A stretch of 54,479 nt of DNA from Rhodoferax sp. GTDB lineage: Bacteria; Pseudomonadota; Gammaproteobacteria; Burkholderiales; Burkholderiaceae_C. The position numbers and the translations under genes were made by a program. Of the stretch, positions 16,959 through 25,652 are shown in pieces (within the stretch, counting starts at the first letter, position 1; each line of letters begins with the position of its first letter). Where the stretch lies: the NCBI GenBank assembly GCA_031430225.1, contig JANPAZ010000052.1:1-54479 (forward strand). The letters are read 5' to 3'. The notes beneath the pieces are model-generated. The model searched no databases. It saw only the letters and a program-made list of their open reading frames with translations, and was not told where the DNA came from.

Positions 16959-17864
16959 ATGCCTGTGACCTTCTCGTCAATCCGCCTTCTACTGCGCCAG
17001 ATCGTGAAATCGTGGCTTGGCGACTATGTACCCAGCATGGGGGCCGCTTTGGCCTACTACACACTGTTCTCACTGGCACCGCTGTTGCTCATCGTGATCT
17101 CGGTGGCAGGGCTGGTGTTTGGCGAGGACGCGGCGCGCGGCGAGATTCAGGCGCAACTGCGTTCACTAATGGGTGATGGCGGGGCCAGCGCGGTACAAGA
17201 CCTGCTGGCCAGCGTGCACAAGCCGGCCGAAGGTATTGCGGCAACCCTCGTCGGTGTGTTCTTGCTGCTGGTGGGCGCAACAACGGTCTTTGGGGAATTG
17301 CAGGATTCACTGGACCGCATCTGGCGCGTCCCCGCCCATCCACTGGCCAGCGGCTGGCTGGGCCTTCTGCGTGCCCGACTTCTGTCGTTTGGCATGATCC
17401 TAGCCATTGGCTTTTTACTGATGGTTTCGCTGGTCATCAGCGCGGCGCTGGCCATGACAGGGCGTCTGCTGGAGCCCGTTTTCGGTGGCTGGTACCTCGT
17501 CGCCTCAGCCGCCAGCGCACTGGGCGGGCTGGTGATGGTGGCCGTTATGTTTGCACTGATCTACAAGGTGATGCCACGGGTACGGGTGCAGTGGAAAGAC
17601 GTCTGGATTGGTGCGATCGTCACGTCGACCCTCTTCACGCTGGGCAAGTTGTTGATCGGGCTGTACATCGGCCGATCGGGCGTGGTTTCGGGCTTTGGCG
17701 CTGCGGGGTCGCTGGTGGTGATTTTGCTCTGGGTGTATTACTCAGCCCAGATCTTTTTGATTGGGGCGGAATTTACCTGGGTGTATGCCAACATGTTTGG
17801 GTCGCGACGCGTAGGGGTTGTGCCGCCTACCCCAGCGGCACCAACAACGCCAAGAGCGCCATGA
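16959..17864 (+). CDS. yihY: YihY/BrkB-family inner membrane protein
   Basis: 'GAALAYYTLFSLAPLLLIVISVAGLVFG' and 'VILLWVYYSAQIFLIGAEFT' are typical of the family. ATG 16959 is preferred over the GTG at 16950. Confidence 0.85.
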   Translation: MPVTFSSIRLLLRQIVKSWLGDYVPSMGAALAYYTLFSLAPLLLIVISVAGLVFGEDAARGEIQAQLRSLMGDGGASAVQDLLASVHKPAEGIAATLVGVFLLLVGATTVFGELQDSLDRIWRVPAHPLASGWLGLLRARLLSFGMILAIGFLLMVSLVISAALAMTGRLLEPVFGGWYLVASAASALGGLVMVAVMFALIYKVMPRVRVQWKDVWIGAIVTSTLFTLGKLLIGLYIGRSGVVSGFGAAGSLVVILLWVYYSAQIFLIGAEFTWVYANMFGSRRVGVVPPTPAAPTTPRAP

Positions 17865-17875
17865 GCGCCATTAAC

Positions 17876-18964
17876 TCATGGCGATGTGGCGTCTGTGTCC
17901 ACATGGGTTGGCATCATGCCGTAAAGGTGCCAGACCGCAATGAACATGGCTGCGATCAGCGGGCCAATCACAAACCCGTTCAGGCCAAACACCACCATGC
18001 CACCCAGGGTCGAGATCATCACCATGTAATCGGGCATACGGGTTTGCTTGCCTACCAGACGGGGTCGCAGGACATTGTCAACCAGGCCGATCACCAGCAC
18101 GCCATAAGCCGTCAACGCCACGGCTTCAAACAGGGCTCCTGTCATCAAAAAGTAGAGGGCCACAGGCACCCACACCAGCCCGGCGCCAATGGCGGGCAAA
18201 AGAGACAAAAATGCCATGAGCACCGCCCACAGCAGCGGTGCACCCACACCCAGGTACCAAAAAGCCAGACCGCCCAAAGCACCCTGAATGGCAGCCACCA
18301 CCACACTGCCCTTGATGGTCGCCAGGATCACGGTGGTGAACTTGTTGATCAACTGATGCTTGTGGGCAGGTGCCAGTGGAATCGCGCGGCGGATGTCTTT
18401 GCCCAGTTGATCGCCATCGCGGATCAGAAAGAATGTGAGATACAGGGTAATGAAAACACTGGAGACAAATTCGAACGTGTTCTGGCCTAGACTGAAAGCC
18501 TGGGTGGCGAAGTACTCGCTGCCCTTGGACAGGGCTTCGGTCACGCGCCGCTGTAGCGTGCGGAAATTGCCAAGACCAAACTGGTCCAGGAGCTTGGTAC
18601 ACCACTGCGGCAGGTTGTCATACACGTCATGAAGGTAGCGCGTAGGGTCCAGATCACCCGACTGCAACCGCTGGTACAGCTGCGCGGTTTCACTCGCCAG
18701 TGCGGCGGCAACGCCAACCATGGGAAGAACCACCATGAAGAGTGCCAGCAGCAGGGTCAATAGTGCGGCAGGATTTGGCCGTTGGCCCATGCGCGGCAAC
18801 AACTTGCGATACACAGGCCTGAACAGCAGGGTAATGATGACTCCCCACAGGATGACACCAAAGAACGGCCACAAGATCCAGCCCAGCGCCAACGTTACTG
18901 CCACCAGCAGCATGGGAAGGCGGTTTTTGAGCGTCTCCAGTGCCGCATCGGTTGGAACGGTCAT
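17876..18964 (-). CDS. AI-2E family transporter (PerM/UPF0118)
   Basis: Eight-TM pattern. 'LLSLLPAIGAGLVWVPVALYFL' and 'VGLVDNVLRPRLVG' are characteristic motifs. Confidence 0.85.
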   Translation of the reverse strand: MTVPTDAALETLKNRLPMLLVAVTLALGWILWPFFGVILWGVIITLLFRPVYRKLLPRMGQRPNPAALLTLLLALFMVVLPMVGVAAALASETAQLYQRLQSGDLDPTRYLHDVYDNLPQWCTKLLDQFGLGNFRTLQRRVTEALSKGSEYFATQAFSLGQNTFEFVSSVFITLYLTFFLIRDGDQLGKDIRRAIPLAPAHKHQLINKFTTVILATIKGSVVVAAIQGALGGLAFWYLGVGAPLLWAVLMAFLSLLPAIGAGLVWVPVALYFLMTGALFEAVALTAYGVLVIGLVDNVLRPRLVGKQTRMPDYMVMISTLGGMVVFGLNGFVIGPLIAAMFIAVWHLYGMMPTHVDTDATSP

Positions 18965-19041
18965 GGATACAGAGCGCTAGGCAGTGGAAATTGGGCAAGT
19001 GACTTCATGCCGCAAAGCTTGCCCGATTGACGAAATTCTTC

Positions 19042-19057
19042 TGTGCGCTGGCGCACA
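19042..19057. promoter_or_regulatory. 16-bp palindrome upstream of the AI-2E transporter gene
   Basis: TGTGCGC-TG-GCGCACA, 78-93 bp upstream of the start at 18964, inside a 358-bp non-coding gap. Confidence 0.3.
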
Positions 19058-19322
19058 ATAGAACCTCGTTAGTGCGGTAGCCGACGGGTATGGAACCGAG
19101 AACGCTGCAAGGCAAAGAACTCAGAGACGCCCCAGACGACACAGGCACCAATGGCCGTTGCCCGCAATAGAAGTGATCTGTTAGACATGGTGTGGCAGGC
19201 TGCCAGCCCGCTGTAATTGGGTCCAATTTACAGACTGATGATGACGGTTTGATGTCAGTGTGAAATACAGACGCAGCCAGACACAAAGCATGTACACGAA
19301 CCTATGGTGCCGTTAAGCTGAA

Positions 19323-20348
19323 ATGATGTCCGCACCCGAACTCCCCGAATTGATTGCCCTTCAGCGCATCATTGAACTGGGTGCGGGCAAATTGCAAGCC
19401 CGCGTTGTCTGTGAAGCAAAAATCCCGGGGGGTGGGGCCTATCCGGTGTATGCCATCACACTGGGTAACCCCGCCAAATACGTGCCCGCCGTGGGTTACT
19501 TTGGTGGCGTGCACGGGCTGGAGCGCATTGGCGCGGGCGTGGTGATTGCCTACCTGCAAAGCCTGGTGATGCGCCTGCAATGGGATAGCACGCTGCACCA
19601 GCAGCTGGAGTCTGTGCGGATGGTGTTCATGCCCATCGTCAACCCCGGCGGCATGGCTCTGGGGACACGGGCCAACCCTAACGGCGTGGACCTGATGCGC
19701 AATGCGCCTGTTGACGCGCGTGACCAGGTTCCGTTTATGGTGGGTGGCCAGCGTATCAGCGCCGGATTGCCGTGGTTCCGTGGTGCCAAAGATGCCGACA
19801 TGGAGCTTGAGAACCAGGCCGTTTGCGAGGTGGTTACCAGTGAACTCTTGTCGCGTGATTTCAGTCTGAGCGTGGACTGCCATTCGGGCTTTGGCAGCCG
19901 GGACCGCATCTGGTTCCCCTACGCACACACCAGGGCGCCCATCGCCCATCTGGCGGAAATGCACGCCCTGCAAAACATATTTGTGCAGTCGCACAGCCAC
20001 CACCGCTACATCATCGAACCGCAAAGCCTGCAATACCTCGCGCATGGCGATTTGTGGGATCACCTGTACTTGCAGTCCTGCGCGCAGGAGCCGAATAGGC
20101 AGCGGGTTTTTCTGCCACTCACACTGGAGATGGGCTCATGGATCTGGGTGAAAAAGAACCCGCGCCAGCTGTTCTCGCGCCACGGTATTTTTAACCCACT
20201 GATTGAGCACCGCCAGCAGCGTGTACTGCGTCAGCACCAGTTGCTGCTGGACTTTTTATCGCGGGCAGCCTGCGGCCATTCGTTGTGGCTCCCCAGCACC
20301 GAGACCCGTGCCACTCACCACGCGCAAGCTTTGCAGGACTGGTACTGA
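19323..20348 (+). CDS. M14-like zinc carboxypeptidase family protein (DUF2817-like)
   Basis: 'GGVHGLERIG' supplies an HxxE zinc-ligand motif, followed by 'NPNGVDLMRNAP' and a later 'DCHSG' histidine. Confidence 0.6.
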   Translation: MMSAPELPELIALQRIIELGAGKLQARVVCEAKIPGGGAYPVYAITLGNPAKYVPAVGYFGGVHGLERIGAGVVIAYLQSLVMRLQWDSTLHQQLESVRMVFMPIVNPGGMALGTRANPNGVDLMRNAPVDARDQVPFMVGGQRISAGLPWFRGAKDADMELENQAVCEVVTSELLSRDFSLSVDCHSGFGSRDRIWFPYAHTRAPIAHLAEMHALQNIFVQSHSHHRYIIEPQSLQYLAHGDLWDHLYLQSCAQEPNRQRVFLPLTLEMGSWIWVKKNPRQLFSRHGIFNPLIEHRQQRVLRQHQLLLDFLSRAACGHSLWLPSTETRATHHAQALQDWY

Positions 20349-20365
20349 GCCGCCCGCCAGGGGCG

Positions 20366-21193
20366 TCAGCCCTTCGCGCCCAAAACAGGCAAGGGTTTGA
20401 GCGATGTGCCAAATTTTTCTCGCAGGGGTTCATGTCCCAATGGCGGGAATTTGAATTCCGTGTCTGGCACCTTGCGCTCGGGGATGTGGTCCAGCAGATG
20501 CCGAATCAGGGTCAGTCGGCCCCGGCGCTGGTCGTTAAAGTCAACCAGCGTCCAGGGTGATTTGTCGGTGTGGGTGGCCTTCAACATCGCATCCCGTGCC
20601 AGACCATACTCGGCGTATTTTTCGCGCGCCTGCACATCTATCGGGCTGAGCTTCCAACGCTTGAGTGGGTCGGCCAGCCGCTCTGCAAAGCGCTCCTCCT
20701 GCTGCGCCTGGTCAACTGTCAGCCAGTACTTGAACAGCAAAATGCCATCGTCCACCAGCATTTTCTCAAACACCGGTGCCTGCTTCAGGAAGTCTTTGGT
20801 CTGCTGCTCTGTGCAAAAACCCATCACACGCTCAACCCCCGCGCGGTTGTACCAGCTCCGGTCAAACAGCACGATTTCACCCGCAGCGGGCAGATGCGCC
20901 ATGTAGCGCTGAAAGTACCATTGGGACTGCTCACGTTCACTGGGCTTGGACAGCGCCACAACATGGGTCTGGCGTGGGTTGAGCGTGTCGGCAATTGCCG
21001 AGATAACACCGCCCTTACCCGCCGTGTCACGCCCCTCGATCACCAGAACCAGCCGTTTGCCGGTGTGCTGCAGCCAGCGTGCGACATCATTGAGTTCAAA
21101 CTCGAGTTCGGCGAGCTTCTCGTAGTACTCGTCTTTTCCCAGCTTGCCCGGATTGCCGCTTTTTCCGTTTTTGCCAATTTTTGCTTTTGCCAT
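20366..21193 (-). CDS. ppk2: Polyphosphate kinase 2
   Basis: 'EGRDTAGKGGVI' is a Walker A-like motif. 'FDRSWYNRAGVERVMGF' and 'RWKLSPID' are PPK2 signatures. Confidence 0.9.
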   Translation of the reverse strand: MAKAKIGKNGKSGNPGKLGKDEYYEKLAELEFELNDVARWLQHTGKRLVLVIEGRDTAGKGGVISAIADTLNPRQTHVVALSKPSEREQSQWYFQRYMAHLPAAGEIVLFDRSWYNRAGVERVMGFCTEQQTKDFLKQAPVFEKMLVDDGILLFKYWLTVDQAQQEERFAERLADPLKRWKLSPIDVQAREKYAEYGLARDAMLKATHTDKSPWTLVDFNDQRRGRLTLIRHLLDHIPERKVPDTEFKFPPLGHEPLREKFGTSLKPLPVLGAKG

Positions 21194-21283
21194 GCCTGCA
21201 TCCTACCGAACTGACGGCTTAACAGCAACGTCACAACCAACACTTACAGTACAAAATGTGATGGACAACAAAGGGCCTGACCA

Positions 21284-22036
21284 TTGAAAACCTGGGTTTT
21301 TTTACGCGGCCTGGCTCGCGAAAGTCAGCACTGGGGAGGCTTTGTCGCGCAATTTGCGCAGGCCGTTCTGCACAGCCGGGTCATCGCTCTCGACTTGCCA
21401 GGCAACGGAGCGAAACATGCCCGCGCCAGCCCGACGTGCGTGATGGATATGGTTGAAGACTGCCGCACCCAGCTGGCACTGGCGAACGTTGTGCCGCCCT
21501 TCCACCTGCTGGCCATGTCCTTGGGTGGCATGGTCGCCGTAGCCTGGAGCGATGCCCACCCGCAGGAGATTGCCGCTCAGGTGCTCATCAACACCAGCAT
21601 GCGCCCTTTTAGCCCGTTTTATCAGCGGCTCAAACCTGTGAACTATCTGACGCTGTTGGGTCTTGCCTTGGGTGACTCCTCCCTGGAAAAATGGGAAATT
21701 GCCATTTGGCGCATGACCAGCAACCACGCGACGCAATGCGTATTGCCGGCCTGGATCGCAATTCGGCAAAGGCACCCCGTGTCACGCCAGAACGCCCTGA
21801 GGCAACTGGTAGCGGCCAGCCGCTTTCGGGCGCCGGCTTCCCGACCCAGCGCCGCCACCCTCGTGTTGACCAGCGCGCAGGATCATCTGGTGTCACCTGA
21901 GTGTTCCCGCTCGCTGGCCCATCATTGGGCAAGTGATTTGCAAGTGCACCCTACGGCCGGGCATGACCTCACACTAGACGACGGCGCATGGGTCGCGGAG
22001 CAAGTGCAGACCTGGCTTGCTACCACAAAGCCCTGA
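21284..22036 (+). CDS. Alpha/beta-fold hydrolase
   Basis: 'VFLRGLARESQHWG' and a nucleophile-elbow-like 'AMSLGG'. The start is TTG with AAGGG upstream and is uncertain. Confidence 0.65.
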   Translation: MKTWVFLRGLARESQHWGGFVAQFAQAVLHSRVIALDLPGNGAKHARASPTCVMDMVEDCRTQLALANVVPPFHLLAMSLGGMVAVAWSDAHPQEIAAQVLINTSMRPFSPFYQRLKPVNYLTLLGLALGDSSLEKWEIAIWRMTSNHATQCVLPAWIAIRQRHPVSRQNALRQLVAASRFRAPASRPSAATLVLTSAQDHLVSPECSRSLAHHWASDLQVHPTAGHDLTLDDGAWVAEQVQTWLATTKP

Positions 22037-22174
22037 GCCAGCAATCACTTAATGCTATTATTTAAATAGCAAACTATTGAATATCTACGTGGGCAGGGGT
22101 GCTATTTTCTTGTAAATTTCTGGGGAACCGTCCAGTTGGCACGACAATCAAGGGTTCGTTCAACGTATATCCCC

Positions 22175-22855
22175 ATGACTCTGACTACCCTAGAAGCTCC
22201 CGCAACTGCGCCTGCCGAGGCATCCCCACAACCAGCACCTGCCGCTGTGGATACCAAACCGCAACGTAAAGCCGCCCGCCTGCCGACGGCTTTGCCTGTT
22301 CTTGAAAAGCTGTTCGAACTGTATCCAAAGTTGTTTGGCGCCCAGTTTTTGCCGTTGAAACTGGGCATTTTTCAGGAGTTGCTGGCCGCGCATCCGGAGC
22401 ATTTCACGCGCGATGCCCTGAAAGCGGCTCTGGGCGTGCACGCACGGTCAACCCGTTACCTTCAAAGCGTCGCCTCAGGCAATAAACGCCATGACCTGCA
22501 GGGCGCAGCGGTGGAAGATGTGGCACCAGAGCATATTTATCTTGCCATCGTGGAGTTGTTTCGCCGTCGGCAGGGGCGCGCCAGTGAAGACCTGACACCC
22601 AAGCTGCGCAATCAGCTCAAGACTGCCTTCGAGGCCTCGGGCATGACAGCGCCAGCCTATCTGGCTCTGGTCCAAACCCACCACGCCGATGCCCACACGC
22701 TTCTGGACGGGGTGCTGGCAGAGCATGACCAGAAACTGGCCCGGCAGGAAGCGCTGTACACGGCATACCAGGCCAGTGGCAAATCGCCCGAGGAATTTGC
22801 CGACATGTACGGCATGGAACACAGCGACGTGAAGGCGGCGCTCGCCAGTCGCTAA
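22175..22855 (+). CDS. ProQ/FinO-domain RNA-binding protein
   Basis: 'LPVLEKLFELYPKLFGAQFLPLKLGIFQELLAAHPEHFTRDALKAALGVHARSTRYLQSV' matches the ProQ/FinO fold region. It is preceded by an Ala/Pro-rich N-terminus. ATG 22175 was chosen. Confidence 0.75.
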   Translation: MTLTTLEAPATAPAEASPQPAPAAVDTKPQRKAARLPTALPVLEKLFELYPKLFGAQFLPLKLGIFQELLAAHPEHFTRDALKAALGVHARSTRYLQSVASGNKRHDLQGAAVEDVAPEHIYLAIVELFRRRQGRASEDLTPKLRNQLKTAFEASGMTAPAYLALVQTHHADAHTLLDGVLAEHDQKLARQEALYTAYQASGKSPEEFADMYGMEHSDVKAALASR

Positions 22856-22866
22856 AGGCGGCCCGC

Positions 22867-23145
22867 TTACTTCAGCTTCTTGTAGGCACGGTCTGCAACC
22901 GGGCCTCGGTCGGTATCTTGAAGGCCGCGTTGCAAGTCTCGGTAAGCCTGGCGAACCGGTTCGCTCGGGATACCGTCGGTCATGCCAACTGATTCGTCGC
23001 GTTCGTGCGGTAGTGGGGCTTCGGAGGGTGTGTTCCCCACAGCCGGCAGCACTGTGGTGACTGGTCCGGGTTGTGTTGCCGCAGGCCGATGCGCCTTCAA
23101 GTGAAGGGTCTGACTCGTTGTTTTTTTCTTCAGGGGGGTGTCCAT
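22867..23145 (-). CDS. Hypothetical small protein
   Basis: 92-aa ORF, 24 bp downstream of the hydrolase gene on the same strand. Low-complexity Pro/Thr-rich N-terminus. No family was recognised. Confidence 0.3.
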   Translation of the reverse strand: MDTPLKKKTTSQTLHLKAHRPAATQPGPVTTVLPAVGNTPSEAPLPHERDESVGMTDGIPSEPVRQAYRDLQRGLQDTDRGPVADRAYKKLK

Positions 23146-23169
23146 AGTCTGATGCTCTTGTGATGAATC

Positions 23170-23991
23170 TCAAGCCCGCAGGAAATCCAGCAGGTCCTTG
23201 GTCAGGCGATCCTTGTCGGTTGCAAACAGGCCATGGGGCGCGCCGTCATATGCAATGAGCGTGGACCGTGCAATCGCATTTGCCGCTGCACGGCCTGAGT
23301 TATCGAACGGAACCGTCTTGTCAGCCGTGCCGTGAATGATCAGTGTGGGCATCGTGAACGACGGCAGGTCAACGCGAAAATCCGTGCCTGCAAAAGCCTT
23401 CGCACTCTCCAGCGTAGCGCGCAGACTGGCTTGCATAGCCATGGTGTGCGTCCACGTCAGCACCTCATCGCTGACAGGTCTTGAAACCAGCCCAACGCCG
23501 AAAAAGTCCTTGAAGAATCCAGTGAAGAATTTGGCCCGGTCCTGTTGCATGGCCTGTGCCATCTGGTCAAACGCTGATTGATCGATGCCGCCAGGGTTGT
23601 CCTGCGTTTTCAGCATGAACGGAACCACTGAAGAGATCAGGACGGCTTTGGCGATTGAGTTCCCGCCATGACGCGACAGATAGCGAGCCACTTCTCCACC
23701 GCCCATTGAAAAGCCAACCAGAATCGCGTTCTGCGCGCCTGTTTGCGAAATGACGGCGGCCAGGTCGTCGGCAAACGTGTCGTAGTCGTAGCCGCTCCAC
23801 GGTTGCGACGAACGGCCAAACCCCCGGCGGTCATAAGCGATGGTGCGAAAGCCCGACTGGGCCAGTGAGATGGCCTGGTCGTCCCAGGTGTCTGAAGTCA
23901 AAGGCCAGCCATGCATCAGTATCACCGGTTGCCCCGCGCCCCAGTCTTTCACGTAAAGCTCGGTTTTGTCTTGGGTAATAACGGTATTCAT
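23170..23991 (-). CDS. Alpha/beta hydrolase of the non-heme chloroperoxidase / arylesterase type
   Basis: 'LYVKDWGAGQPVILMHGWPL', 'GFSMGGGEVARYL' and 'IIHGTADKTVPF' match this family closely. Confidence 0.85.
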   Translation of the reverse strand: MNTVITQDKTELYVKDWGAGQPVILMHGWPLTSDTWDDQAISLAQSGFRTIAYDRRGFGRSSQPWSGYDYDTFADDLAAVISQTGAQNAILVGFSMGGGEVARYLSRHGGNSIAKAVLISSVVPFMLKTQDNPGGIDQSAFDQMAQAMQQDRAKFFTGFFKDFFGVGLVSRPVSDEVLTWTHTMAMQASLRATLESAKAFAGTDFRVDLPSFTMPTLIIHGTADKTVPFDNSGRAAANAIARSTLIAYDGAPHGLFATDKDRLTKDLLDFLRA

Positions 23992-24118
23992 GTTGCAGTG
24001 ATCCTGATTCAGTGAAGGAGCACCCAGTATTCGCCCCTGCGCTTGCGGTTGCCATCAGTCACGGCGACGAAGTCTTGCAGGTCATTTCCCACACGACGCA
24101 GTTATGCAACGCTAGAAC

Positions 24119-25351
24119 CTAATGGACAGCACGCAAAGCCAGGACCGCATTGGCCCCGCCAAACGCGAACGAGTTCGAAAGCATGGTTCTGGCTGACACA
24201 CCGGTGCGCACCTGGTTGGGAACATAGTCCAGGTCGCAGGCCGGATCGGGCTCAAGAAGATGAACAGTTGGCAGCGCCACCTCGTGCTGCATGGCCAACA
24301 AAGAAAGTACACACTCCAGCGCACCGGTGGCGCCCAGCAAGTGCCCATGCATGGCTTTGGTGGCGCTGATGGGCAGCCGACGCGCTCGCTGACCAAAAAC
24401 AAGTTTGATCGCTTCGGTCTCCACGGAATCATTCGCCAGAGTCCCTGTACCGTGCGCGTTGATGGCGTCCACGTCCGCCGGCGCAATGCCTGCCGATTGA
24501 AGTGCAACCGTCATCGCAGCAGCCTGTCCTTCTGCGCTGGGACGGGTAATATGACTGACATCGGTCGAAAGTCCATACCCGATGACTTCGCCCAGAATGG
24601 TCGCACCGCGCGCAACAGCTTGTGCCCAGGGCTCCAGAACCACCATGGCCGCGCCCTCACCCAGCACCATGCCACTGCGATTTTTTGAAAACGGTTTGCA
24701 TGACGCTGACGGATCGGCTTCGTCAATGGTCGCAAGGGTATGCAGGGCCTCCCAGGCCTTAAGCGATCCAAACGACAGCGGCGCCTCGGCCCCACCGGCC
24801 ACCGCAAGGTCAAGACTGCCACTGGCAATACGCAACCAGGCTTCACCAATCGCGACCGCTGAAGACGAGCATGCCGTCGAATAGGTCAGACTGGGGCCGC
24901 AAAACCGGTGCTCCAGACCAATCCAGGCGGCGGGAGAGTTGTGCATTCCCATCAGCACAGTGAATGGCTTGATGCGGTCGGACGCCTCGCCGTAGAGCGT
25001 CCGGTACCCGTCGTCCATGCTCTGGGATCCGCCCATTCCGATGCCCACAAAAACTCCGGCCCGACTGCGCTCGGTCGGACCCGGGTCACATTCAGACTGG
25101 GCAAGCGCCTGATTCGCCGCGACCACCGCAAACTGGCTCACACGGTCCAGCATGCGCAGCTTCGCAGGTGTGAAGTGTTCCGCGCCGTCAAACCGGGACG
25201 ACGCAACCAGCGGCGCGACAAGCCGGTCTGTGAAAGCGGTTTGAAGGCGGTGAATGGCTGAGCGCCCCGCAAAGGCGTTTCGATAGACCTCATCAGTACC
25301 CGTGCCCAAAGGCGTCACTGCCCCCATCCCCGTGACGGCAACCCGCCTCAT
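24119..25351 (-). CDS. Beta-ketoacyl-ACP synthase (KAS I/II type) of the PKS operon
   Basis: Active-site Cys in 'YSTACSSSAVAIGEA'. His residues in 'NAHGTGTLANDSVE' and 'KAMHGHLLGATG'. The start overlaps the ACP stop (ATGA). Confidence 0.9.
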   Translation of the reverse strand: MRRVAVTGMGAVTPLGTGTDEVYRNAFAGRSAIHRLQTAFTDRLVAPLVASSRFDGAEHFTPAKLRMLDRVSQFAVVAANQALAQSECDPGPTERSRAGVFVGIGMGGSQSMDDGYRTLYGEASDRIKPFTVLMGMHNSPAAWIGLEHRFCGPSLTYSTACSSSAVAIGEAWLRIASGSLDLAVAGGAEAPLSFGSLKAWEALHTLATIDEADPSASCKPFSKNRSGMVLGEGAAMVVLEPWAQAVARGATILGEVIGYGLSTDVSHITRPSAEGQAAAMTVALQSAGIAPADVDAINAHGTGTLANDSVETEAIKLVFGQRARRLPISATKAMHGHLLGATGALECVLSLLAMQHEVALPTVHLLEPDPACDLDYVPNQVRTGVSARTMLSNSFAFGGANAVLALRAVH

Positions 25352-25638
25352 GGCGACAAAGAGACATACACTGTCGCCACTTCGGCCTGGGGGTCAGGCC
25401 CGTGTTGCGCCGCTATCAAGCCATCGATGTACGCCACCACGTCACCCACGGTGGTCAGGTCTACCGGGTCCGGCGGCAAGGTAATCTGAAACGCATCTTC
25501 AACATTGAACAGCAGCTCCGCAACACCCAGAGAATCTATTCCCAATTCATCCAGCGACACATCCGGCGTCAGCGTTTCGGGTGCCGTCCTGTAGTCACTG
25601 ACGAGAATTTTGCTCAAACGCCTGAAAGTGGTCGTCAT
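25348..25638 (-). CDS. Acyl carrier protein
   Basis: 96 aa, with the phosphopantetheine site 'LGIDSLGVAEL'. The internal ATG at 25638 was chosen because the longer ORF would run into the upstream gene. Confidence 0.8.
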   Translation of the reverse strand: MTTTFRRLSKILVSDYRTAPETLTPDVSLDELGIDSLGVAELLFNVEDAFQITLPPDPVDLTTVGDVVAYIDGLIAAQHGPDPQAEVATVYVSLSP

Positions 25639-25652
25639 GCCATACCCCTGTT

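Noticed and set aside
16774-17079. A 101-aa minus-strand ORF spanning the nitroreductase remnant, the AT-rich filler and the yihY start.
   Set aside because: It crosses the junction of unrelated segments and is antisense to the well-supported yihY 5' end. Nothing supports it as coding.
17074-17088. A sigma54-like TGGCAC-N5-TTGC element.
   Set aside because: It lies about 115 nt inside the yihY coding sequence and encodes the conserved 'LAPLLL' segment, which is also present in the pseudogene copy. The match is explained by coding constraint.
19005-19286. A 93-aa minus-strand ORF filling the long spacer between the AI-2E and M14-like genes.
   Set aside because: It has no SD, an odd Cys/Ser/Pro-rich composition and no recognisable motif. 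The region is more likely regulatory and non-coding.
22054-22070. A GCTAT-N7-ATAGC hairpin after the alpha/beta hydrolase gene, considered as a terminator.
   Set aside because: The stem is only 5 bp, it is AT-rich and no U-tract follows. It is not credible as an intrinsic terminator.
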